A stretch of 64,000 nucleotides of DNA from Candidatus Roizmanbacteria bacterium RIFOXYC1_FULL_41_16 (GCA_001788295.1 MGBO01000007.1:14263-78262); one strand, 5' to 3'. Counted from the stretch's first letter, positions 46,666 to 56,096 are shown. The notes: generated by a model not told the origin, from the letters alone. Made by a program: numbers and translations.

Positions 46666-48438
46666 CTATATGATCGAGAGCGTTTTTTCTACCTTGGTTA
46701 GTTCTTTGAGTTTGAGCTTGAGCGCTGTTTCGTTTTCCGACTTCATCAGTTCCTGGATTTGTTTTTTGAGTGAGTATTTTTTAATCTTCAAAATATTTTT
46801 GGTAATTTCTTTTTTCCAGTCGATGTCGCCAGTGGGCAGATCATAGAGAAAGCCACGATTATACGAATCCATCAGTTCGTCTGGCAGGTTTTGATTGAGT
46901 TGTTCCAGAATTTCTTTGGGGGTGGTTTCGGTGTAAGATTGGGCCAGCTTAAACAATTTATAGGTTGAGGGCGAATAATAATCGTTTTCAGAAAGTTCCT
47001 GCCCGGCTTTTTTAAGCAGATAAACCTGTTCGCTGGTTTGCACAAGCAGGGCGAGCAGATAATTTTCCAGCGTTTCCTCAACGTTCTTTTTTTTGTCGCT
47101 TTCCCTTGTGGTGGCAAATCCGGACTGGTCTTTTTTCCCTTGTTTTTGTTTTCGCCGGTAATCAAACAGAGCACGCTTAATCGTTTCTCCCGGAGTGTTG
47201 GTTTTTTCCGACAGCAATCTGAGGTAATGGTCAAACAAAATCGGATTATAGATATTAGCTAGATATGGAATAATCGCCTCAATCACGGCTTTTTGGCCGT
47301 AGACTGTGCTAAGATCTTGTTTTAGGCTGTATGAATCAATCAGATATTCATAGATTGTTTGTTTATCTTTATAAAACTGGGCAAAGTCGTCGGCTTTGGA
47401 TTGCAACACGTCGGCCGGGTCTTTGCCGGATTTAAGGTTAACTACGTGCATCTGAAAATCAAATTTCTCCGCCTCCTCAATGCTGCGTCTGATTGCTTCC
47501 TGGCCGGCCTGATCCATATCAAGCGCAAACACAATCCGGTTGGTCAGGCGTTTGATCAGTCGCAAATGATCCTGGGTTAGAGCCGAGCCCTTGATGGCGA
47601 CAGTTTGTTTATAGCCAAACTGATGGGCCAAAATCGCATCAAACTCACCCTCCACCAGCATAATTTCATTTTGTTCGCGAATATCCTTGTGTCCCTGATG
47701 CAAGCCAAACAGGTTTTCCCGTTTATGATAAATAGCCGTTTCGGGCGTATTCATATATTTCATTTCCTGGCCGCCTTTGGTGGTTTCGTCCATCACTCGG
47801 CCTGAGAATCCCAAAATATTTCCCCGGAGATCAGTGAGAGGGAACATCAGCCGGGAGCGGAAACGGTCGTAGAAACGATTGCCTTGAGTTTTAATAATTA
47901 GCCCGGCGGCCAAAATTTCCAAAGCTGTGTAGCCTTTTTTGGTCAAAAATTTAAGGAGTGAATCCCAGGATTTTGGGGCATAGCCCAGATAAAAATACTT
48001 GGCGGTTTTGTTGTTCACGCCGCGGCTGTCCAAATATTGCCGGGCTTTGTTGCCCAGGCGGTGTTTTTCCAGTAAAAACTGGTAAAAATCAGCCGCGTAT
48101 TGATTGATGGTAATCAGTTTTTGTTTTTGGTCCCAATCATTGTCCACAAAACTGCCTTTTTCCAGTTTGACACCGGCTTCCTGCGCCAGAATTTTCAGAG
48201 CTTCACCAAAAGTGAGGTTTTCCCATTTCATCAGGAATTTAAAAATGTCGCCGCCTTCGTTGCAGGCGCCGAAACAGTGCCAGATTTGCCGGTCCGGCGA
48301 GACTACAAAGGAAGGCGTTTTTTCCGAGTGAAAAGGGCAGGGAGCTTTAAAATTCCGGCCCGCCTTTTGCAAAGGCACATGTTTATTGATAAATTCCACA
48401 ATATCGATTCGTTTCTTGATTTCCCCAAGTGCATCCAT
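46666..48438 (-). CDS. dnaG: DNA primase
   Basis: CPFHSEKTPSF zinc finger, YDRFRSRLMFP, KYMNTPET, TOPRIM VEGEFD and DMDQAG. Confidence 0.97.
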   Translation of the reverse strand: MDALGEIKKRIDIVEFINKHVPLQKAGRNFKAPCPFHSEKTPSFVVSPDRQIWHCFGACNEGGDIFKFLMKWENLTFGEALKILAQEAGVKLEKGSFVDNDWDQKQKLITINQYAADFYQFLLEKHRLGNKARQYLDSRGVNNKTAKYFYLGYAPKSWDSLLKFLTKKGYTALEILAAGLIIKTQGNRFYDRFRSRLMFPLTDLRGNILGFSGRVMDETTKGGQEMKYMNTPETAIYHKRENLFGLHQGHKDIREQNEIMLVEGEFDAILAHQFGYKQTVAIKGSALTQDHLRLIKRLTNRIVFALDMDQAGQEAIRRSIEEAEKFDFQMHVVNLKSGKDPADVLQSKADDFAQFYKDKQTIYEYLIDSYSLKQDLSTVYGQKAVIEAIIPYLANIYNPILFDHYLRLLSEKTNTPGETIKRALFDYRRKQKQGKKDQSGFATTRESDKKKNVEETLENYLLALLVQTSEQVYLLKKAGQELSENDYYSPSTYKLFKLAQSYTETTPKEILEQLNQNLPDELMDSYNRGFLYDLPTGDIDWKKEITKNILKIKKYSLKKQIQELMKSENETALKLKLKELTKVEKTLSII

Positions 48439-48465
48439 AGGCTGTTGCCGTATTATACAATTTTT

Positions 48466-49134
48466 CTAAGGGCAGCTTTTGGCTTTGTTGTAGCCGGCTT
48501 TTTGAGCCTGTTTTTCAGTGCAAAACCAGTCTTCTCCCTGGTCCTCCTCAACAATCACAAATTGATACTGAGCACAGCCCGGATAATAGTACCGTTTGGT
48601 GTATGGGCTGTTATTATCTATGTTGCCTTTAATCACACAGCGCGGGTTAGCCGGTTCTTGATGCACGCATTTTTTGTACAAACCAATATTTTTGGTCTTA
48701 GCCTCATCGGCCGCTTGTTTCAAAACGTCCTTCTTTGCCGAATTGTCATGATGATATCTGGCCCAGCCGCTTTTGAGCATCTCAAGATTCAAAAAAGTTT
48801 GGTCGCTATAAACATAAGCCATCGGTCGCCCGCGTTGATCAATAATTCTTTCGCTAATATTAATTCCCTGATTTCTTTTAAGTAAGTCCTGCAAATATTC
48901 TTTCGCTTCTTTGCCTCCGCAGTTTTCCAGTTCAGGGGCATCAATGTTTCTTAGTCGCAATCTTGCTTTGTTTTCCAAAACCAGTGTATCGCCGTCAAGC
49001 ACGGCCAGCATTTTATATAGATTATTATTCGGTTTTGTCAGTTGATAACCAAAATATAAGTTCAGAATCAAAGAGGGGAGTGCTATCCAAGTTAAAAGTC
49101 GTTTAATATGATTAGCCTTTTTCTTGGCTTTCAT
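48466..49134 (-). CDS. Thermonuclease (SNase) family protein with Cys-rich C-terminal domain
   Basis: DGDTL, RLRNIDAPE, DQRGR, GWA; C-terminal CVIKGNI...WFCTE...AGY. Confidence 0.9.
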   Translation of the reverse strand: MKAKKKANHIKRLLTWIALPSLILNLYFGYQLTKPNNNLYKMLAVLDGDTLVLENKARLRLRNIDAPELENCGGKEAKEYLQDLLKRNQGINISERIIDQRGRPMAYVYSDQTFLNLEMLKSGWARYHHDNSAKKDVLKQAADEAKTKNIGLYKKCVHQEPANPRCVIKGNIDNNSPYTKRYYYPGCAQYQFVIVEEDQGEDWFCTEKQAQKAGYNKAKSCP

Positions 49135-49177
49135 AGCTTAAAGTATAGTCTTTCTTGATATAATTTACTAGATTACT

Positions 49178-49264
49178 GGAGGGGTGCCAGAGTGGACGAT
49201 TGGGCTAATCTCGAAAATTAGTAAGGTTGAAAGATCTTCGCGGGTTCGAATCCCGCCCCCTCCG
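49178..49264 (+). tRNA. tRNA-Ser (anticodon CGA); CCA not encoded
   Basis: Acceptor stem GGAGGGG/CCCCTCC, anticodon arm CTAAT-CTCGAAA-ATTAG, long variable arm, T-arm GCGGGTTCGAATCCCGC, discriminator G. Confidence 0.96.
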
Positions 49265-49272
49265 CACACACC

Positions 49273-50404
49273 ACACCGTTCACAAAATGACAGTTTTGTG
49301 TCAAAAATAGCTTGGTATATCAACACCTGGTTTTTTGGTCATCATCACCCCTGTTTTATCATTCAAATAACGGAATTTGCTATTGCAACCAGTAAATTTG
49401 GTCATTCGTCTTTTAAGCACATAGCCATTAAGCCAAAGCTTGGCGTGCTTGAGAGAATTGAAGCTTTTTAAAGAAAACAGTCTTGATTGCAGGTGAGAGT
49501 TAAAACTCTCAATAATGTTAGAGGTTAAAGGAGCTTGATGGATTCCCCGATAAGCCAATAACTCTGCTTGATTTTTGTGAATGTTCAAAAGCACCTGTTG
49601 TGCTACTTGATCCCGTCCATATTTTTGATAAAGCAATAGGAGTTGTTTGTTAAAAACTTCTTGAGAAAGTTTTTGAGAGAGAATTTTATCAATACTTTTA
49701 GAGAACTGTCTGTAAAAAGGATTAGATCTGGTTTGTAATTGCCTTCTAATGTTTTCCTTGTAGTGGTTAACACAAGTTTGTATTTTAATGCTAGGAAACA
49801 GATTTCTAGCTGCTAATTTAAGATTGTAATTATCATCACAAACAATTAGCTGAGGTCGATGATTAAGTAATCTAAAAAAAGAGAAAAATCTAGCCCAAGA
49901 ATGATAATTTTCAGCAGTATTAAGGTCAAAAACAGGTATGTCATGACGAAAGTAATCCAGGCCCCATAACAAAACGGGTTTGTAAGCAAAGCCTTTAACG
50001 TTTAAGTATTTACCATCAAAGGCAAAGATAGCTGAATAGCGCGAACAGTAGCTAAAACTGAATTGGTTATTATTGGGTAGTTTTTGTAGCTCCTCATGAC
50101 AAATGTTCCAAACCCTAGTTTTAGAGAGATTGTATTTATGAGAAAGCTTTCCAAAAGACAAACCATCTAGATGGTCATTAAGAATACCCTTACGGTTGAA
50201 TAATTTAAAATTAACAGTGAAATATCTAGAACAGGCTTTGCATTTGTAGACTAAAGATTGGTGACGTTTACGTTGAAAAATAACCTGGGTTGTAGTCCGG
50301 CATTGCGGACAAGAATATTTTTTTTCATATCCCCATTACAGCATAATTAATTGCAAAAGAACAAGCAAATATATACAATTTAACTGTCAAAAAGTGAACG
50401 GTGT
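49273..50404 (-). mobile_element. Insertion sequence of about 1.13 kb (IS256/Mutator-like DDE)
   Basis: 23-bp terminal inverted repeats at 49273-49295 and 50382-50404 (19/23 match) bracket one transposase gene; CCGCA occurs near both ends. Confidence 0.88.
49301..50328 (-). CDS. Transposase (Zn ribbon, HTH, DDE) needing a -1 frameshift at an A8 run after the ATG
   Basis: Frame is open upstream of the listed ORF (YSCPQC...YKCKACSRYF). FDGK, VCDD, CVNH (CxxH) and SNIIESFN. ATG 50328 is out of frame by one base. Confidence 0.8.
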
Positions 50405-50406
50405 CC

Positions 50407-50482
50407 GCAACGTAAGAAATTGCGAAGCAATTTCAACGTTGCTGGAACGCTTAAATTTGCTTTGCAAATTTATTGCGTTTCC
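50407..50482. repeat. Two tandem bulged palindromes
   Basis: GCAACGT-GAAATTGC-GAA-GCAATTTC-ACGTTGC and GGAACGC-TAAATTTGC-TTT-GCAAATTTA-GCGTTTCC. Confidence 0.8.
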
Positions 50483-50703
50483 GCCATATGTTTTATTACA
50501 CTTATATACTTCAAAGTTTAAAGAATAATAGTCTATATATTGGCTATACTTCCAATCTAAAAAATAGGTTTAATGAACTCATTTATGGGCATAGCCATAA
50601 ACTCCTTAGTTTTGTTTGACTAAATACTAAAAATTTCATATAGTAACTGTTTATAAGTAATGATTTTAGTACGATACAACTATAATAGTAAGACTATACG
50701 AAT

Positions 50704-50913
50704 ATGCCAAACAAAAAATCCACAATTGGGGATAACATAAGAAAATACCGGAACAAACTCGGTATTTCTCAAGATGTGCTTTCAAAGAGAGCGGATTTGG
50801 CTTTTCATACAATCGCCAAGATTGAAGCTGGCTCTACCCCCAACCCTACAATTGATACAGTCAAAAAAATAGCGGACGCTCTCGGCGTTTCGCTTGATGA
50901 TTTAATGAAATAA
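50704..50913 (+). CDS. XRE-family HTH regulator (controller C-protein-like)
   Basis: IGDNIRKYR...SQDVLS...IEAG...NPTIDTVKKIADALGV; first gene of an RM-like operon. Confidence 0.9.
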   Translation: MPNKKSTIGDNIRKYRNKLGISQDVLSKRADLAFHTIAKIEAGSTPNPTIDTVKKIADALGVSLDDLMK

Positions 50914-50917
50914 AACT

Positions 50918-51667
50918 ATGACAAACTTAACCACACTTGAAAAACAAATATTTGAAAAGCTATTCCAAATGAATGGTGGTTATGTTTTGAATTTTTCAGA
51001 TCGGACAATGGGAGAATTTTTTAGAGACGATATAGGAATTGATATTTACAATCAAAAATATAACTATGCAAGCGGTTCAAAAGCTAATCGCATGCGTGGT
51101 TTGTGGTTAAAAGCAGATGAAAAAACTGTTGGTAAAAGTGTATTAAAACTTATTGAATATATTGAAAATCAAATTTTACTTGATAATCTAAAGCGAGCTG
51201 ACTTTCCGACTGAAAGAATGACCGCTGCAAAAAATATCGGGGAAAAACTTCTTGGAACGAAAGTGAAAGTTGAAAATAAATCTCAAGCCACTTTCAAGAA
51301 TGGCAATATCAATATAACTTTGCAAAAAGAAGTTTTTGACCATGTTCAAAAATTACTGAATAGTGGGCATTATTTTAATGCCGTGGAAGAAGCATATAAA
51401 ATCGTTCGGCAGAAACTTAAAGATATTACAGGAAAAGAAAAGGCGCATGAGGCTTTTGCGGAATTAAATCAAGAAAAGATTTTCGGACGCAAACCGAAAA
51501 ACGAAGCTGATAAGGACTTTTTCGAGGGAGTAAAATTTTTGCATATGTCTATTCATTTTTTACGAAATGAAAAAGCACATACTCCCGCTCAAGATTTGGA
51601 TAAAAATTTGGCGATTCATTACATATCACTCGCCAGCTTGGCGTATGACTTGATAACTAGGAAATAA
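50918..51667 (+). CDS. AbiJ-N-terminal-like domain + TIGR02391-like domain protein
   Basis: N-terminal GGYVLNFSDRT...SKANR; C-terminal YFNAVEEA...LRNEKAH (HEPN-like RxxxxH). Confidence 0.65.
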   Translation: MTNLTTLEKQIFEKLFQMNGGYVLNFSDRTMGEFFRDDIGIDIYNQKYNYASGSKANRMRGLWLKADEKTVGKSVLKLIEYIENQILLDNLKRADFPTERMTAAKNIGEKLLGTKVKVENKSQATFKNGNINITLQKEVFDHVQKLLNSGHYFNAVEEAYKIVRQKLKDITGKEKAHEAFAELNQEKIFGRKPKNEADKDFFEGVKFLHMSIHFLRNEKAHTPAQDLDKNLAIHYISLASLAYDLITRK

Positions 51668-51669
51668 TT

Positions 51670-52773
51670 ATGGCAGCAAAATTTTTAAATACAAATTTAC
51701 ACAAAGCGAGCGCCGCCAAAAAAGACGAGTTTTATACTCAACTTGTTGATATTGAAAAAGAACTAAAGCACTATAAAGAACAGTTTCAAGGCAAAGTTGT
51801 TTATTGTAACTGCGATGATCCATACGAGAGCAACTTTTTTAAATACTTTGCATCCAACTTTAATGCTCTTGGATTAAAGAAGCTCATCGCCACGAGTTAT
51901 AGCGGTTCACCGATTATTGGAGGTCAATTACCGCTGTTTCAAGTAGCTGGATCAAAGGGCAAGCAACCGCTCAAAATTGAAATTAAAGAAGTGCCGGATA
52001 CAGACAAAGACGGCGCAATAAACCTTGATGATGTTAAGTATTTGCTCAAACATGACAAAAACACCGTCACACCGCTAAAAGGCAGTGGTGACTTTCGAAG
52101 TGATGAATGTATAGAACTACTAAAGCAGGCCGATATAGTTGTAACCAATCCGCCGTTTTCATTATTTCGGGATTATGTCGCGCAACTCGTCAAATATAAG
52201 AAAAAGTTTTTAATTATGGGCAATCAAAATGCAATTACCTATAAAGAAATATTTAAATTAATTAAAGAGAATAAACTTTGGCTTGGACAAAGTCTAAATG
52301 GTAAAAACATCCTTTTTCAAATTCCAGATCATTATGAAAGTTATTACAAAATTATTGATGGTAAAAAGTATGCTTTTCCAAAGGGAGTAGTTTGGTTTAC
52401 CAATCTGAATGTTCCAAAACGAAATGAAGAATTAGTGTTGTATAGAAAATATTCTAAAGAAGAATATTCCAACTTTGATAACTACAATGCGATAAATGTA
52501 GATAGGACAGAACAAATCCCCATGGATTATAAAGGTGTGATGGGAGTACCTATAACTTTTTTACATAAATACAACCCAGATCAATTTGAAATTATTGGTT
52601 TAGGAATATCGACATCAGGATTAGAAATCGGAGTTATGCCGTATAAACCAGAGCATAAAAAGTATAGGAAGGAAGTTCAAAAAAGAGGTGCAGTGGACGG
52701 AGATTTATACATGATTAAAAATGAAATTGTAGAAGTGCCTTATGCGCGTATTCTTATTAAAAATAAAAAGTAA
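51670..52773 (+). CDS. Adenine-specific DNA methyltransferase, EcoRI family
   Basis: KDEFYTQ...IEKEL, VYCNCDDP, GDFRS.EC, catalytic VVTNPPFSLFR, MGVPITF. Confidence 0.9.
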   Translation: MAAKFLNTNLHKASAAKKDEFYTQLVDIEKELKHYKEQFQGKVVYCNCDDPYESNFFKYFASNFNALGLKKLIATSYSGSPIIGGQLPLFQVAGSKGKQPLKIEIKEVPDTDKDGAINLDDVKYLLKHDKNTVTPLKGSGDFRSDECIELLKQADIVVTNPPFSLFRDYVAQLVKYKKKFLIMGNQNAITYKEIFKLIKENKLWLGQSLNGKNILFQIPDHYESYYKIIDGKKYAFPKGVVWFTNLNVPKRNEELVLYRKYSKEEYSNFDNYNAINVDRTEQIPMDYKGVMGVPITFLHKYNPDQFEIIGLGISTSGLEIGVMPYKPEHKKYRKEVQKRGAVDGDLYMIKNEIVEVPYARILIKNKK

Positions 52774-52782
52774 AAAAATAAT

Positions 52783-53892
52783 ATGAAAATCGATTTACAT
52801 AAAATTAAAATTCGAAAAGTAATTACTGGCTACAAAGATAGTGCAGAAGAAGGTGTGGAGGCTTATGATGGCAAGCTTGATATTCGCCCAAAATATCAGC
52901 GCGAATTCGTTTATAAGGAAAAACAGCGCAACGCCGTAATAGAAACTATAAAAAATAGTTTTCCGCTAAATGTGATGTATTGGATGATTAGAGAAGATGG
53001 TGGCTATGAAGTGTTAGACGGCCAGCAGCGCACCATCAGCATTGGGCAATATGTGACTGGAGATTTTTCTCTCAATGATCGTTTTTTTCATAATTTAACC
53101 AAAGAGGAACAGGACAAAATTTTAGATTATGAATTAATGATTTACTTTTGCGAAGGTACGGACAAAGAACGACTGGATTGGTTTAGGATTATCAATATCG
53201 CCGGGGAAAAATTGACCGACCAAGAAATTCGCAACGCAGTCTATACCGGGCCGTGGCTTTCGGATGCAAAACTCAAATTCAGTAAATCAAACTGTGTGGC
53301 ATATCTGGTAGCAAACGACGGCGGGCAATTAGTTAGCGGTTCACCGATACGGCAGGTATATTTAGAAACCGCTCTTTCGTGGATAAACGATGGCATGATT
53401 GAAGACTATATGGCGAAACATCAGCATGACAAAAAAGCTGATGAGCTATGGGGCTATTTTCAAGATGTAGTCGCTTGGGTGCGTAAAACTTTTCCCAATT
53501 ACAGAAAAGAGATGGCGAGCGTGAATTGGGGCGAGTTATACAACAAATTCAAAGATAAGAAATTGAATACCGTCAAACTGGAAACTCAAATTAAAAAATT
53601 AATGCAGGACGAAGATGTTACCAAAAAGTTCGGCATTTATCCGTATGTTTTGACGGGGCGAGAAAGACACCTTTCAATTCGTGCTTTTACCGACAAAATG
53701 AAGCGCGAAGCGTATGAAAGACAGGATGGCATTTGTCCATTTTGCAAGAAGCAGAAAAAAGAGAAAAAACAATGGGATATTTCAGAAATGGAAGCCGACC
53801 ACATTACCCCTTGGCACGAAGGTGGAAAAACGATTGCAGAGAATTGCCAAATACTATGCAAGGAGCATAATCGAATAAAATCCGGGGAGTAA
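52783..53892 (+). CDS. DUF262 (GmrSD/ParB-like) + HNH endonuclease
   Basis: PKYQREFVY, LDGQQR, FRIINIAG; C-terminal CPFC...ADHITPW..GG.T...NCQILCKEHN. Confidence 0.88.
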   Translation: MKIDLHKIKIRKVITGYKDSAEEGVEAYDGKLDIRPKYQREFVYKEKQRNAVIETIKNSFPLNVMYWMIREDGGYEVLDGQQRTISIGQYVTGDFSLNDRFFHNLTKEEQDKILDYELMIYFCEGTDKERLDWFRIINIAGEKLTDQEIRNAVYTGPWLSDAKLKFSKSNCVAYLVANDGGQLVSGSPIRQVYLETALSWINDGMIEDYMAKHQHDKKADELWGYFQDVVAWVRKTFPNYRKEMASVNWGELYNKFKDKKLNTVKLETQIKKLMQDEDVTKKFGIYPYVLTGRERHLSIRAFTDKMKREAYERQDGICPFCKKQKKEKKQWDISEMEADHITPWHEGGKTIAENCQILCKEHNRIKSGE

Positions 53893-53942
53893 GCCGAGTG
53901 TTGGCGAAAATTTAGTAATCCCTAATATATTTGTAGAAAAAC

Positions 53943-53971
53943 TTGACACGCTTGTTTGAATTTGCTACATT
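53943..53971 (+). promoter_or_regulatory. Promoter of the XRE-protease operon
   Basis: TTGACA-17-TACATT upstream of ATG 53995. Confidence 0.55.
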
Positions 53972-53994
53972 ACTTTCATAATAGGGTTATTTAT

Positions 53995-54390
53995 ATGAAC
54001 ACAGTACCAAATCTATACAAAAAAATACAGGATTTCCGCCAAAAGGCCGGAATGACGCAAAAGGAACTTGCGGAGAAGGTCGGTTTATCCCGTGGGGCGG
54101 TTACTTCAATAGAACAAGGGAAGCGTAAGGTTACAGTTGAAGAATTGCTCAAATTTTGCGAAGCGTTTAGCTGCTCTTATGCAGATTTTTTGGCTTCCGA
54201 TCAGAAGGATAAGCCGGCGGCGGAAAGTGGAAAAAAAAATGTCCGCGAGCTTTATGACGCGTACAAAGATAAATATCAAGGCAAAACATTGCCTTATCCG
54301 CAGAATGATAACCCCCTTGATGATTATTTGCGTCAGGTGAACCCATATTATTACCCGTTTGCCAATAACGAAATCCGATATGAGCAATGA
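53995..54390 (+). CDS. XRE-family HTH protein with Tyr/Pro-rich C-terminal tail
   Basis: RQKAGMTQKELAEKVGLSRGAVTSIEQGKR; start set at ATG 53995. Confidence 0.85.
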   Translation: MNTVPNLYKKIQDFRQKAGMTQKELAEKVGLSRGAVTSIEQGKRKVTVEELLKFCEAFSCSYADFLASDQKDKPAAESGKKNVRELYDAYKDKYQGKTLPYPQNDNPLDDYLRQVNPYYYPFANNEIRYEQ

Positions 54391-55471
54391 TCCTAAACAA
54401 TCGAAAAAGCTGGAGCTAACAGAGTTAGCCCCAAGGAAACCGGAAGAAGGTGGTGAGGGTGCTTCTTTGCCAATCTCTATTGAGCTTAATCAAAAGCGCA
54501 GACAGCATAATCAAAATTTTGAAAAAAGCTTGCGACATGCACGAATTGAGCTTATTAAAGATATTCAGCAAAAGCGCGGCTCCAAGGTATTTGTATTTTA
54601 CTCTCACGATACTTTGGACGCGCAACACGCAGAAATTTTCTTTGAACTCCTACAGGAAGTTGGCAAACAAAAAAAACTTGATCTCTTTTTATTAAGCCCT
54701 GGTGGATTTGCCGACCAAGCTTTCAATATGTCGCGCTGGTGCAGACAATACGCCACGCAATTTAATGTAATCATTCCTTACTACGCAAAAAGTGCCGCGA
54801 CCTTGCTATCTTTGGGCGCAGATACGCTTTTGATGGGGCCTTCATCGGAACTTGGACCAATTGATCCTCAAATTCGTATACCCGATGAATATGGGCGGAC
54901 AATGCAAGTATCAGCACTTTCCATCAAAGACGCCTTGAAAGTCATTGAAGGTCTAACCGAAGACAATCAAGAAAAAGCTTTGAAATACATGCCCCTGATT
55001 GAGAAAATTGATCTCAAGGTGCTTGGGCAATATGACCGCGCGATACAAAGCGCAAAACAATACGCTTCTGACCTCTTGCACATGAGCGGCCTCTTGAAAG
55101 ATAAGGATATCGAAGAAGTGGACGTTGATGATTCAAAAAAGAAAGTGCCAAAACATAAAAACATCGCACACCAGCTAACCGAGGGCTATTATTCTCACGG
55201 CTATGCGATAGGTACGGATAAAGCGCAAGAACTTGGATTTAATGTCGTCTGCCCGGGCAATGACGGCTTTGACCCCGAAGTTTGGAAGTCGGTTTGGCGG
55301 CTACATAAGCTATATGATGATATGATGAGAAATAATCGCAAAGAGCGGCTTCTTACGGAAAATTTGGTTGAATACCGGCAGGTTATGACTGTTTTGGAAA
55401 CCGATGCCTTCTCTGTGCCTGTTGAGAAGAATTTTATAAAGGATTTATCGCAAAAATATGGTAAAAAATAA
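54380..55471 (+). CDS. SDH-family (DUF114) Clp-fold serine protease
   Basis: LLSPGG, AKSAATLLSLGAD (Ser), ELGPIDPQ (Asp), YYSHGYAI (His); start overlaps the upstream stop. Confidence 0.85.
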   Translation: MSNDPKQSKKLELTELAPRKPEEGGEGASLPISIELNQKRRQHNQNFEKSLRHARIELIKDIQQKRGSKVFVFYSHDTLDAQHAEIFFELLQEVGKQKKLDLFLLSPGGFADQAFNMSRWCRQYATQFNVIIPYYAKSAATLLSLGADTLLMGPSSELGPIDPQIRIPDEYGRTMQVSALSIKDALKVIEGLTEDNQEKALKYMPLIEKIDLKVLGQYDRAIQSAKQYASDLLHMSGLLKDKDIEEVDVDDSKKKVPKHKNIAHQLTEGYYSHGYAIGTDKAQELGFNVVCPGNDGFDPEVWKSVWRLHKLYDDMMRNNRKERLLTENLVEYRQVMTVLETDAFSVPVEKNFIKDLSQKYGKK

Positions 55472-55874
55472 TATCACACAATTAGCAGTAGAAGAAAAGA
55501 GCAAGCCGATTTTGCAATTTTCCGTTTTATGCGACGGCGTTGCAAAGCAGGGCAACAAGCCAGTATTTATTGGTGTATTCAGCAATTTTGTACGCACTGG
55601 TGTTATTGCCCAATTCTTTATCGTAAACCGATGGATTTACGGCAAAGGAACATTCAAGCAGAAAATTGCAATAAAGGATCCCGATTTACAAAAAACTATA
55701 GCTGAAATTCCAGATCAAGAATTTATTTTGAAAGAAGAAATTAACAGTGCGGACATAGTCAATGGTTTTGTAAATGTAAATTTTGAAAAACCAGGCGTAT
55801 ATTGGGTAGAGATTTCTTTAGACAATAAATTGTTAATGTCGTATCCATTACCGGTGTACGAACAGCAGAAGTAA
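55458..55874 (+). CDS. Hypothetical beta-rich protein (DUF6941-like)
   Basis: VLCD...NKPVFIGVF...FEKPGVYWVEI pattern; 14-bp overlap with the protease gene. Confidence 0.65.
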   Translation: MVKNNITQLAVEEKSKPILQFSVLCDGVAKQGNKPVFIGVFSNFVRTGVIAQFFIVNRWIYGKGTFKQKIAIKDPDLQKTIAEIPDQEFILKEEINSADIVNGFVNVNFEKPGVYWVEISLDNKLLMSYPLPVYEQQK

Positions 55875-56045
55875 CTAAACCCGCCCGCCACCCATTGATT
55901 TTGTGGCTCCGCAAAATAATTTCAGGGCGAATCCCAAGCAGTCGATCAAAATTATGTGGAGGTTGGTGGTCAATGTAAACTATAAGGACCAAATTATTCC
56001 AGACCTACATACTTCGCAATAAGCAAAAAGCTAGTGGGTGATTGT

Positions 56046-56089
56046 CTTAACCATCTCTTAAGCAATCCTTAAGAAAGTTAAGTTATACT
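56046..56089 (+). promoter_or_regulatory. Response-regulator direct repeats plus -10 box (autoregulated promoter)
   Basis: CTTAAC-N5-CTTAAG-N5-CTTAAG, then 10 bp, TATACT, 7 nt, ATG. Confidence 0.75.
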
Positions 56090-56096
56090 AGCAATA

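Noticed and set aside
48100..48885. 261-aa plus-strand ORF
   Set aside because: Antisense to dnaG and the thermonuclease gene; no recognisable motifs.
49184..49471. 95-aa ORF
   Set aside because: Runs through tRNA-Ser and the IS end; spurious.
50407..50482. Integron attC site
   Set aside because: Hairpins are short, the RYYYAAC/GTTRRRY match is poor, they do not recur between island genes, and no integrase is present.
55907..55913. attR of the tRNA island
   Set aside because: A 7-bp match is expected by chance; mentioned only as a weak hint.
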